A stretch of 64,000 nucleotides of DNA, from contig NC_069006.1 of assembly GCF_001194135.2 (NCBI RefSeq), forward strand, positions 17,783,036 to 17,847,035, given 5' to 3'. Numbering within the stretch: position 1 is the stretch's first letter; every line of letters begins with the position of its first letter. The DNA is from Octopus bimaculoides (taxonomy: Eukaryota). Positions 1-12,165 of the stretch are shown piece by piece. Made by a program: the position numbers and the translations under genes. Under the pieces are notes generated by a model, which made no database searches, was not told the DNA's origin, and saw only the letters and a list, made by a program, of their open reading frames with translations.

Positions 1-1170
1 TAGCAGACGTTCAGGGAAGAAAAGAAGGATGGTTTAATGTTTCAAGCAATGCTCTTCTTCAGAAACAGAGGAAAGTCCAATGGAAAGGAAAACAGAGGAA
101 GAAAATTGCCGATTCACATGTGGTTACATTTTGAAAATATATATATACACATGCACATGATGGGATTCTTTCAGTTTCCATCTTCAACATCCACTGACAA
201 GGGTTTGGTCAGCTTGGGGCTCTGGTCGAAAACACTTGCCCTGGGTGCCATACAATGGGGCTGAACCCAAGAGTACCTGGTTGGGAAGCAAGGCTCTTAC
301 CACACAACCATGTCCATGTCTATTCTTTATATTGTTAAATCTGCACTGGTTAAGGCCATGCTAGAGCATCCCCTTTAACCCAGTAGTCTACCAATGTATC
401 TTTACACAACACTTCTAGTGTGTGTGTGTGTGTGTGTGTGCTTACACACACACACACACATTGTTGATATTCTGATATCAATTTGCAGTTTGATTGTTTG
501 CCTAATTTTAGAAAAAAATCTTGTTTACCGAGTGTTAGACAAAATGTGGTTTACCCAATTTAAAAGGAAATTACCCTTATGTTTAGCTAAACTGTTGTTC
601 GAGAAAACCTAAGGTTTGCCAAGTATTTAGTAAACTGTGTCGTTTGCCTAGTGTTTGTCCAGATTTAGACCCTTGTCTATATTAGGGTTTTATCACTCCT
701 GAAAGAGAAACCCTTTCACTGCACTCCTTCTACCACTGGCTGTCTCTGGCCAATCAAAACCATGTAGGCCCCAAGTAGCAGGTGAGATCATCTTGGCATC
801 TTGTCTTTGGTTGGCCCCATTCCATCACTTTCATTGTCCATCAGCTGTTCTTCAGCTGCATGATGTGGCAGCCCATCTATATTTCTGACTCTATCAGATT
901 TAGATAGACTTTTATATTTTGCCTATTGTTGGCTAAACAATTGTTTGCCTTGTCTGAAGAATGCTGGGAAACATTGTGTTGGATATGCAGTTGTTAACCC
1001 TGCTTTAGGAAAACCTATTTTTGCCCAGATTTATATATAGACTCATATTTTGCCTATTGTTGCCTACGGAGTTGTTTGCCCAATTTGGGGAAAACTTGTT
1101 TGCTTGGTTTCAGGTAAAAGTACGTGATAAATTCCTTTTGTCAAGAACGAGTGTTTAAACGTTATACAAA

Positions 1171-1210
<40 letters not shown>

Positions 1211-1693
1211 TGTGTGTGTATGCGCGCGTGTTCTTATCTCTAAGACTCTTACATCCCCTCCCCCACCAACTTCGTTCACGTGGGTCTTGGTAATGTTCTA
1301 GAACAATCCCGTGTTATCAAGATAAAATTACTTCCATAACACGGGTAGCGGTGCTGAACGGCTGATTGTGTGTCTGTGAAACACCATGTACAAGAAAGCT
1401 TCATCTACCGCTGCTTGGGTGGTACTCGTCGTCGTCGTACACCCACGACTCATTGTAAATCACTTGGCGAAGACAGCGACCACGATGTTGATGATGCTGA
1501 TGACGATGGCGATCTCATACGTAGCATTAAAAAAAAGGGGTTTCCTGGTTATAACTGAGGGCATAAAATGATGTTACGTTCATGTTCCTCTTTTCTCTTT
1601 GCAATACAATTAGTTAGTGTAAAGTGATGTGAAAGGGTTTCGATTGGGAATCGAAACTAACTCCTGGGACTCGGTCCGATGGTAGTCTGCTAG

Positions 1694-1725
<32 letters not shown>

Positions 1726-2143
1726 TCTCTTTTCCTCTTTCTCTCCCTCCTCCTTGTCTCTCTGTGGTGGTGGGGATTTATTTTGCCTGTTGATAGACCA
1801 ATTTCCTCGTAGTGTTTGTATGTATATGATTGTATGTCTGCATGGTTATGTATGTTTATATCGCTGTGTACATTCGCATGTGTTTATGCCTGCATCTGAT
1901 TAATCGACACCTCCCCCTGCTACCTCAGTATATTTACTAGTCCGTGTTAATAATGTCCATTGTGAAAGCCGGGTCTGCCGCCACGTTTGAACCTTAAACC
2001 AGTGTACAGAAGTATTCTATCCTGCATCTGTCACAACAGTCGTCTCCTGTTGTCCATTTATGTATCTAAATCGGTGGTTTACAGTTCAAGTCCCACCGGT
2101 GTCGATTAAGTACCAGTCATACGTTCGGAGCTGTTCTGTAGAC

Positions 2144-2306
2144 TACTAGGTTCCCAACCTGTGGTCCGCAAAGGTAATACTGTGGGTCCAGTGAACTAAA
2201 TTCAAAATCTCGTGCGTGTGTAAGGATAAGCATATTAAAAGGGATCCGTGGGGAAACTCATTTAAATAATTGGGGTCCTTGGTAATGAAAAGGTTGGGAA
2301 CAACTG
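2144..2306. mobile_element. Non-autonomous hAT (Charlie-like) MITE
   Basis: Termini ggttcccaacct ... aggttgggaacaactg match the CAGTGGTTCCCAACC-type hAT TIR. 8-bp duplication ctgtagac at 2136-2143 and 2307-2314. Confidence 0.75.
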
Positions 2307-2601
2307 CTGTAGACTATCCATCCTGCCTCACACACACCCCCTTCACACCGGTAATTGTCTAGCATTATGAGCGAGAACGGCTGGTTGGCAGAATCGCTAC
2401 GGTATTTGGTCCGGCTCTTTACGTTGTGAATTCAAATCCCACGTTGGTCAGTTTTTTTTTCCTTTCACCCTCCCAGGAGTCATCGTCTAACAATAAACTC
2501 CTACCCAGTCTCAGGCCTTAGGTTTTGCTTAGTAAAAGATATTTACGAACGTACATTCAACTCTAGTTTGAAAACCTATTATTAACAATGAGAGCTGTGT
2601 G

Positions 2602-2645
<44 letters not shown>

Positions 2646-3340
2646 CTCTCCGCTTTTATATTTATTTCCATACTTCCACCCCACCTGTCTTTCTATCTTG
2701 TCATAACACAACAGACAAGACCACTTCCATATCTCAACTGACTTATCTGCCTCTTAGCGATCTATCTATCTATCTATTTTTCTATATGTGTCTACCTAGC
2801 TACTCAAGTCTGTCATTTTATCTATAGGTATCTACTTAGCTACCCCATGTCTGTCTATCTACATCTGTAAACCTACCTATATCTGTCTATCTACATTTAC
2901 CTATTTACCCGTGCCTGCCTGTCTATCTAGATGTATCTATATGCCTAGCTACCCGTGCCTCTCTGTCTGTCTATCTACCTTATGTCTGCTTATCTCTCGA
3001 TCTACCTAGCTGCCTATATCTATCTGTCTATGTCTGCCTCGGTCTCCATAGTTCAACATAACAACCTCTCCCCCTTCTCTTCCTCTTCCTCTACATTACC
3101 ACCACCTCATTATCTCTTCTTCCACTTCAACTCTTTCCTTCTTTCTTTCTACCCATTCAACGTGCCCCCCTCTCTTTCTCTCAGCTTCCTTATACATCAG
3201 TACCGCCTTATTTTCACTATCCACCCCCTCAATTCTACCTTCTGCCACTCCGTCTCTGTCCACTACTCCCACCAACACCACCACCATATGTGCAAGGCTA
3301 TCTTCCGGCTGGAAACACCGCTCGATTCCAACATAGTAAC

Positions 3341-3403
3341 ATGACATCATTGCTGTGCAGCAGCAGTCTAGCTGTAGCTTTTCTGCTGGACTCTGTGGAA
3401 TCG
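3341..3403 (+). CDS. Candidate first coding exon (MTSLLCSSSLAVAFLLDSVES), product unknown
   Basis: Non-repetitive sequence after a CT-rich 5'UTR-like tract. ATG at 3341, 21 codons, then TCG|gtaaag donor-like site at 3404. No homology recognised. Confidence 0.25.
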
Positions 3404-4023
3404 GTAAAGTTTCTCTTAATTTATTCTGCTGGTACAGTGCTACAGCCCAGGCGTGTGTATGTATGTACGTGTGCTTGTGTGTGTGTGTGTGTGCATTGTG
3501 CCAGTTCATGCTGCGTCTGAACTGAAGAACGGTTGTGCCAACAATGTGTGTGTGTGTGTGTATTCTTTTTTTCTGGAATAGTATATCTCGAAGCACGCAC
3601 ACAAAGCTGTAAAGATTGGGTTGAAAAACTCTTTTGGATATGTGTGTGTGTGTTTTGAGCCAGTTCATGCTCCGTCTGGGTTGAGAAACTAGTAGTACCA
3701 GCAGTGTGTGTATGTGTGCGTGTGATTATATCATAAATAATATATGTCGGTGCTGTATAAAATTGAAACTGAAAGTAGCGAGCGGCAGAGGGCGGGTTCG
3801 CTCAGCTTCGAATAAAGAAATAAACTAGATTACATGTATTGAGTACGTTTTTCTTTTTTGTTGCTTTTTTCTTTTTACCTCTGTTTGTAAATCCGAATTC
3901 GCGCGCGCAAGTGTGTGTGTGTGTGTATAGTGATGCAAACAGGAAAAGAAAACTCAAAACATGAGTATATTTTCTATTACTAACAATCGACAGAAGTTAC
4001 AGTGACTCAAAAGGCCGCGGACA

Positions 4024-4226
4024 CTCTTTTTACCTGTTTCAGTCATTTGACTGTGGCCATGCTGGAGCACCGCCTTTTTAGTCAAGCAAATCGACCCCAG
4101 GATTTATTCTTTGTAAGCCTAGTACTTATTCTATCGGTCTCTTTTGCCGAACCGCTAAGTTACGGGGACATAAACACACCAGCATCGGTTGTCAGGCGAT
4201 GTTGGGGGACAAACACAGACACACAA

Positions 4227-4257
<31 letters not shown>

Positions 4258-4445
4258 TACATACATACATATACATATATACGACGGGCTTCTGTCAGTT
4301 TCCGTCTACCAAATCCACTCACAAGGCTTTGGTCGGCCCGAGGCTATAGTAGAAGACACTTACCCAAGGTGCCACGCAGTGGGACTGAACCCGGAACCAT
4401 GTGGCTGGTAAGCAAGCTACTTACCACACAGCCACTCCTGCGCCT
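4024..4445 (-). mobile_element. tRNA-derived SINE family A (most abundant), young full-length copy
   Basis: On the minus strand: head with A box (GGCTGTGTGGTAAG) and B box (GGTTCAGTCCC), internal (TA/TG)n tract, tail ...CCAGCATGGCCACAGTCAAATGACTGAAAC. Nearly identical to copies at 34608, 45961 and 49690. Confidence 0.9.
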
Positions 4446-7166
4446 ATGCTTATCTTTATTTGTGTGTGTGTTCATAGATATAGATACATACTAGGTGCTT
4501 GTTTGTATATGTATGTATGTATAAAATATACTGGCATATACATACTGCAAGCTCTCAAGTCTCATTAATACTCGCTCGCACTTTGCTTATGTTTATTCTC
4601 CTTAATTAAATACCTCCAGAAATTTCAATTGATCTATGTAGTGTTTTAGATACAAACTCCAGCGATAGGGTTTCAATTTCTCGTTCAGGTCCAAGCATGA
4701 TCGCTTAATCATTCAGTGGGCATCAGATATTTGTGTACAGAGGAAGGGAAGTCTGGCTTAGAAATTGTCTCAGATCAACCCTGAGTTCCCGCCGTGACCA
4801 TCTTACCTTTTGTTTTCAAACGAGCAGCTTCATGTTTCGAATGTAGATTGTGTGTGTGTGTGAGAGAGGGAGAGAGAAGATGAGAAACATGCAGATAGAT
4901 AGATAGACAGACAGACAGGTAGATAGATAGATGGATGGACGGGTAGGCAGACAGGTAGATAGATAGGCAGATAGATAGATAGATAAGGTTGTGTTCCGAA
5001 GGTCCTGCTTGGAAACAGCAATGGTGTTGAGAGAGAGTTTTGACTGTTATTTCTAAGAGAACTCCGGTGAACAGTTTCGTATGTTGGTTTTCGGTACACT
5101 TGACACTGCTAAAGAAACGCTTCAACGCCGCCGAATCTCGTGCTTATATCTAGGTCCTAGATCTCACATTTGTGTGAAGGGCAGAAAATTGTTATTCGAT
5201 ATGTATATTTATATGTATGTTTGTATATGTATATCTACTACACACGTATGTATACATATATTTGGTCAAGGCAGTGTATTTTAACGTCTGTTTTTATGTA
5301 GTGTTATTTGCATGTATGTATAGATGTGTGTATATAAACAAACATGGGCTGAAGGATCTACTCAACACATTTTAAGTAGGGCGTCACATTTATTTGTTGA
5401 AGAAAACCGTTGACAGTGACTTCATGAAATTTCGCCGGTTGTTGGCTTCGAAGTCGCTGTCAACCTTTTTTCCTTGTAAAAATAAATTATTATACAAAGA
5501 CACATACGGATGTATTTTCTTTTGTAGAATCTACAAAAAACAAAAAACAAAAAAAAAACATTAAACGATTAGCTTAGAGCTATGAAAATTATGTAGTCAA
5601 CGCGTGTGTGTGTACATATATGAATGTATATATGCTTGTGCGCGCGTGTGTATGCATATGTGTGCAGGTATATGTGCGTGTGTGTGCATCTGGATCTATG
5701 AGTTTGTATGTGTGTGTGTGTGTGTGTATAGATAACACCCACACACACACCTGTCTTGTATTTATGTGTTTATAATGTCTGTTTCTATGTACATAATGCG
5801 TGTATATTGAAAGAAATCCTTGTGTTCACAACAAATCGTTTGTGCTTCTTTCAGTAGACAGTATCAAGCTATGTAGCTGTCGACTTGTTTTGTAGTGCTG
5901 TCAGCCTTTTAAGAGCGAGCAGCTCTGTGAGAGCTAGTGGCATTAGCAGCAGCAGTGGTAGCGGTGTCAGTAGGCAGAAGACTATCACATTGGCTCACTG
6001 ACTTGCGACTCCCTCACTCGCTCTCTCCTCTTACCATCACTCCCCTTCTCGCACTTGGCTGCGGCCACTTACACCAGTGAATTAGCGCGCCAATTAACGT
6101 AGCAGATGTGTGTGTGTGTATGTGTGTGTATTTTTGTTTAGACAAACACATACACACATCCCCGCGTGTATATAAAAACCACTTGTGTAGATACGTATGC
6201 GTGCGTGTGTATATGTAAGTATATATCCTTTACTTGTTTCAGGCATTACTGCGGCCAAGCTGGGGCACCTCCTTCTACGATACTAATTTTTTTAAAGTCT
6301 GGTGCTTATTCTGTCGATTTCTTTTGTGGAATCGCTAATTTATAGGGACGTTAGCAAACCAACACCGGTTGTTAAGCGGGGGTGAGTGACATGCACACAC
6401 ACACACACAAACGACGGGCTTCGTTTAGTTTCCGTCTACCTAATCTACTCATAGCTTTGGTCGGCCCAGTTGCTTTGCTGTAGGACTGAACCCAGAACAT
6501 TGCAGTTGTTGGACAAACTTCTTAACGCACAACCACGCCTGCGACTATCCATATATACATTTTTCAAATTTTGCCTTTCATTCTTGGATGTGGGGTGGGG
6601 TGGAAAAATACAACAATACCAACCAAGTATTAGGGTCAGCGTAATCGACTTGTCCCCAGCCTTTAAAACCTGCTGGCCTTGTGCCAAAATTAGAAAGTGG
6701 GGTTTTGTATTTGCCCTTCGTTCCTCCGGAGTCAGTCCATAAAATAAGATCTTGGGATCAGTGGTGTCTGCTACTTTTTCTCCCTCAAAACTCTTGGACT
6801 TAAATTAGAAACAAGTATTAGGGACAATATACTGTGTGTATGTGTGTATATATATATCTGTATATACACACATATCCTCATGTATTGCTATGTATGTATG
6901 TGTATGTATATATATAACGCCTAGTTTAGAATAGAGGCAGCTGATGAAGGAATAATTCCAAGTGGCTATTTGTTTTCCTATGTGTTCGTTCCGTTGTCTG
7001 TAGTCCATTTTTCGAACGTCCTGTACCCGAATATGCATCTATATACACATGTAGATGTAAGTATGTACATATATGTGTGTATACATGCTTATATATCCTT
7101 TGTATTTTGCCTGGCGTGCTAATGATTCTGCCAGCTCGCCACTCTACATCCATTATAATATAGGCC

Positions 7167-7792
7167 CAATATGGCTGTGTGGTGAGAAGTTTGCTTCACA
7201 ACCATATGGTTTTGTGTTCAGTCCCACTGTGTGGCACCTTGGCTAACAGTCTCCTGTAGCTTGCCTCAGGCCAACAAAAGCCTTGTGTCTGGATTTCATA
7301 GCCGAAAACTGAAAGGTGCCTGCCATATATAAATGTGTGTGTGTCTTTTTTATCTATGCTTGTCTCCATCACCACTTGACAACTGGTTTTTGCGTGTACT
7401 TTAACAAGTTCAGCAAAAGAAACCAATAGGATAAGTACCAGGTTTAAAAATCAAAAATAGGTATTGGCATGGCTGTGTGGTAAGAAGCTTGCTTCACATC
7501 CACATTGTTTCGGGTTCAGACCCACTGCATGACACCTTGGACAAGTGTCCTTTACTATAGCCTCAAACCGACCAAAGTCTTGTGAGTGGATTTTGTAGAT
7601 GGAAACTGAAAGAAGCATATTGTATATATATCTTTGTGTCTGTCCCCATAACCTTGCAGTTTAACAAAGTAGATCAACAGAATAAGTATCAGGCTTAAAA
7701 GAATAAGAACTGGGGCTGATTCATTCAACTAAAAATTCTTCAAGGCAGTGCCCCAGCATGGTCACCATCTACTGACTGAAACAAGTAAAAAG
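7167..7792 (+). mobile_element. Two tandem, older SINE family A copies
   Basis: Two heads (ggctgtgtggtgagaag near 7172; ggctgtgtggtaagaag near 7471), each followed by the family A body. CpGs decayed. Confidence 0.8.
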
Positions 7793-8143
7793 ATAAATGC
7801 TGAAGTTGAATCTGTTACTAATTCTACAGATCTGTGAGTCTGCTTTCTCTCTCTCTGACTCTCTCTCACTCACTCTCTCTCTCTTTCTCTATCTCCCCCC
7901 CTCTTTCTTTCTCTCTCTCTCACAAACACACACACTGTAAGAAAACAAAAATAATGACAGTCACTCAGGCAGACAGACTGACTGACTTCTGTGAATAGAA
8001 TACAGTGTTAACTGACACACACACAACCATTGTAAGACATTGGTGAGTCTAGGACGTGGGTACAAAAATACTTGATCACTATCTGGAGCCATCATAGCTA
8101 ACTACCATTACAACCAGTCACAACTATCTTCAGTACCACAACC

Positions 8144-8338
8144 ACTATATTTTGTGGCATACAAGTAGAATTTTTCGGACCAAAATTTACAGCCAAAAAA
8201 TGTAGGTTGATTTATGCACCAAAATGACTTAGGAAGTTGGAAAATTCCTTGCAAGACGTAGAATTTGGAAAGATATTGACATGTTTCAATGTTTACACAA
8301 TATGCAACTTCTTTGACTTGTATGATGGAAAATACAAT
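8144..8338. mobile_element. Decayed pogo/Tigger-type mariner MITE
   Basis: Degenerate TIRs actatattttgtggcatacaagt / acttgtatgatggaaaatacaat, resembling the TACCGTATTTTCCGGCGTATAAG-type terminus. Confidence 0.5.
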
Positions 8339-8456
8339 AGTTACCTTTACTAACCATCTCCAATACTACAGCTAGCTACCTCTCATTATTACCACTCTCA
8401 CTACTATCTCCAACTCTACAGCCAACTATTATTATTATTATTATTATTATTATTTA

Positions 8457-8925
8457 AGGTGGCAAGCTGGCAAAATCGTTAGCATGCCAGGAAAAATGCT
8501 TCGTGGTATTTCATCTGCAGCTACGTTCTGAGTTCAAATTCCACTGAGGTCGACTTTGCCATTCATAACCCTAACCCTAACCCATCCTTTCAGGGTCGAT
8601 AAATTAAGTATCAATCAAGTACTGGGGTCGATGTAATTGACTATCCCCCTCCCCACAAATTCTAGACCTTGTGCCTATAATAGAAAGGATTATTATTATT
8701 ATTGTTATTAGGGGCGAGCTGGCAGAGTCGTTGGCATTCTGGGCAAAATGCTTAATGGTTTTTCATTCATCTTTACAGCTCTGAGTTCAAATTCCACCAG
8801 GGTTGACTTTGCCTTTCATCCTTTCAGGGTCAATAAGTACCGGTTGAACACTGGGGTCAATGTAATCAACTTATCCCCCATCCCTGAATTTGCTGGTCTT
8901 GTGCCAAAATGTGAAATCATTATTA
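8457..8925 (+). mobile_element. SINE family B, two head-to-tail copies
   Basis: GGCRAGCTGGCAGAATCGTTAGCA head, TGAGTTCAAATTCC B box, central GCCTTTCATCCTTTCRGGGTCGATAAATTAAGTACCAG block (resembles the Deu/Nin-type SINE domain, from memory), (ATT)n tail. Confidence 0.85.
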
Positions 8926-9487
8926 TTGTTGTTGTTGTTGTTGTTGTTGTTATTATTATTACTGAGTGAGAAACCAGTGCATGCCATCAAAGTGACACTG
9001 GGCCACAAATATACAAAGCCCAGTATACCCATCATGACTACCTGTCTGATAAGGGTACACTAGGCACATGCATCACAACCATATGTGCACAACATGGTGA
9101 TCTTATATCACGATAAACCATGCATGACCTTGCAGGTGGAGCCTAGTTAGAATTTTCTTCAGGTCGAGTAGCCCATCCTGCTCAAAAGGTTCCTGAATAA
9201 GATTTAAGGATAATGAATGAAGCACACATGTTTCCAGAGACACCAAAGAATTCCTTGCAATATATGGCTATGATGCTCCCCAACTACTCCTGCTCCTGAT
9301 CAGAAATGCACATATCGTCAGCCACTAAGGGACATGCTCAACTGGTTACAGTTAAACAATTGACAAGAAAATCTGTTGGTATTGAGCAGAATATTTGCTG
9401 TAACCCATCTTTTACACCAAAACAAAACATGTACATGATAACACTTCCAATCAGTTAAGACCAAAAGTCATGAGAGCCACTGTTGCT

Positions 9488-9900
9488 ATAACGATATTTC
9501 GCCCATCACTACGTTCTGAGTTCAAATTCTGTTGAGGTCAACTTTGCCTTTCATCTTTTTGGGGTTGATAAATTAAGTATCAGTTGAAGACTGGAGTTGA
9601 TGTAATCGGATAGTCCCCTCCCTCCAAATTTCAGGCCTTGAACCTTCAGTAGAAAGGATCAATATTAATATTATTAAGGCAGCGAGCTTGCAGAATTTTT
9701 AGCAAACCAGACGAAATGCTTAGTGGTATTTAGCCCATAGCTACATACTGAGTTCAAATTCCACTGAGGTCGACTTTGTCTTTCTTCCTTTTGGGGTCGA
9801 TTAACTAAGTACCAGTTACACACAGGGGTCGATGTAATTCACTTAATCCCCTTCCCACAAGCTGCCCTTGTGGCAAAAATTTGAAATCATTATTATCATC
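9488..9900 (+). mobile_element. SINE family B, two head-to-tail copies (first is 5'-truncated)
   Basis: Same B box, central block and (ATT)n tail as 8457-8925. Confidence 0.8.
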
Positions 9901-10684
9901 ATTATTAAATCACTAACACCACAGCTATCTACTATTATTACCATTCTCAATACTACCACCAACACTGCATTTAAACTGCCATGACTACTACCATTACCAC
10001 CAATACTGCACCTAACATAACTACTACTATTACTACTACCACTGCCACCAATACTGCACCTAATTACCATTACTACTACTACTACTACCACCACCACCAA
10101 TACTGCACCTAACTACCATTATTACTACTATCACCACTGCAGTCACCACCAACACAACTAATATTATCACAGCCATGACCACTAGTAGCAGTCCAACCAC
10201 TGGCTTGCTGAGAGAGAAAGAGAGAGAGTGGGGTAGAAAGGATTAGTGGTTCTCTATTGAGTGTAGACTGGATGTTAATTACTTGACCCACTGACCTATT
10301 TCTCCTCTATGTATCTTAAGAGGTGGGAGGTGAGAAGGTCAGTAGGCGAAATCAAAAGGAATGACTTAATTATGTTGTATAATAATTTGAACATTATTCT
10401 TTTATGAGAGCAGCTTTAACTTCGGCTTATTTCTTTCAATGTGGTTTCGGCTTCTCTTTTATTGAAATATTTTCTTTCATATTTTATTTTTTACTTGTTT
10501 CAGTCCTTGGACTGTGGTCATGCTGGGGCACTGTCTCAAAGGGTTAATTGACCAAATTGACCCCAGTCCTTTTTATTATTTTTTTCCCCTTGTTTTTAAA
10601 GTATGGTACTTTCTCCGTTAGTTCTTTTGCCATACTGCTCTAGTTAAGCAGTGGTGGGGGACAAACACGACACAGACACACACA

Positions 10685-10907
10685 TGACAGGTTGCTGAAA
10701 AATTCCTGACTTTGGGTAAAAGAAAATACAGGAGGATCAGTTAATTTTGATCTTATTGAACATATTCCCCTCTCAGATTCACACACTTCTGGCAGCAGTT
10801 CCTCAATTTTTCTAAGCCCTGTAAAAAAAAAAAAACTTGGAAGGTTGGGCCTCCAACCAGGCCTTTCACAATACCCTTAAATCCAGGAACTTTTCAGTAC
10901 TCCGTCA
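10685..10907. mobile_element. Tc1/mariner MITE nested in a SINE A copy (host about 10495-11020, minus strand)
   Basis: Inverted termini gttgctgaaaaattcctgacttt ... aatccaggaacttttcagtactc. It interrupts the internal microsatellite of the host SINE and is followed by (TA)n. Confidence 0.65.
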
Positions 10908-12124
10908 TATATATATATATAGATGATTGGCTTTCAGTTTCTGTCTGCCAAATCCACTCACAAGGCTTTGGCTGGCCTTATAGTAGAAGACACTTGCCCA
11001 GGGTGCCCACGCCTGCACCTATGTATGTATATTTTTATATAATCATGTGTATGTATGTGTTCAAATCACAGAAAGTGTTGATATCAAAATTATATATATT
11101 TCCAGGCTATTAACCTTGTCTATAAACATATGTTTTATAGTACTCATATTTACACTGTATTTCAATTGGGCCAATCTCATCATCATCATCAGGTACCTTA
11201 GTTCTGTATATGTACATTATACCAGACAAGATCTAAAAAAGGGAATGTAGTACTGCTATATCCTTTTGGGACAAGGTGGATAAGGACTTTTATCTTTTAC
11301 TTAGTTCAGTGTTTAGACTGCAGCCATGCAGGGGCAGTCTTGAACAGTTAATTCAATGAATCAACCCTGGTACTGATTCTATAGGTCTGTTTTGCCAAAC
11401 TGCCAAGTTATGGGAACATAAACACAGCAACATCAGTTGTCTTGCGGCAGTGAAGGACCAACATAGACACAAAGAGACGCACACACACAACAGGCTTCTT
11501 TCAGTTTCTGTCTACCAAACCCATTCACAAGGCTTTGGTTGGCCCAAGGCTGTAGCAGAAGACACTTACCCAAGGTGCCAAACGGTTGGATTGAATCTGG
11601 AACCATGTGGTTGAGAAGCAAACTTCTTACCACACAGCCAAGCTTGTGCATATTGCTGTTCATAAATTAGAAATAAATGTTTCTGGTTCAAATCCACATC
11701 TGGGACTATGTACACGTGTGGTGGTGAGGGGGGGGTGCATGTGTGCGTAAGAGTATTATATTTGTGTATGCATGCAAATCTATGCAGATGTGTGCATAAA
11801 CCTCTTGTGTATGTGTGAATATAAAACTAGATGTATGTATAGAACTCTGTGTGTGTGTGTGTGTGTGTTCACAGCTGTTGCTATTTCAAGGCTTGCTACC
11901 TCTCCAAGCACCATGTACACACACAGCACCTGTCTCTGCATGTATGTCCAAACACACACACACACGTACACAGCTAAGTTTGCTTGTGGTAAGAGTTACT
12001 TTTGTTGTTGTTTTCTTCCTTGAATGGGGTGGATTTTTTTTTTTTTTTTTCATTTCTGTAAACCTGTTGGGAAATCTTGTTCAATGAATATAATCATGAA
12101 CAGCTGTATGTATAGAGACTAAAC

Positions 12125-12165
<41 letters not shown>

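Noticed and set aside
4002-4494. Recurring peptides such as LVLILSVSFAEPL and TTGFFQFPSTKSTHKAL in many ORFs
   Set aside because: These are translations of SINE family A, not a protein family.
6930-6980. Third hammerhead-like remnant (ggcag-CTGATGA-aggaataattcc-aagtggcta)
   Set aside because: The GAAA element is broken and stem I pairs mostly by G-U. At best a dead PLE remnant.
8970-9485. Complex non-SINE sequence resembling an interspersed repeat
   Set aside because: I found no coding motif, termini or second copy in the window, so it could not be classified.
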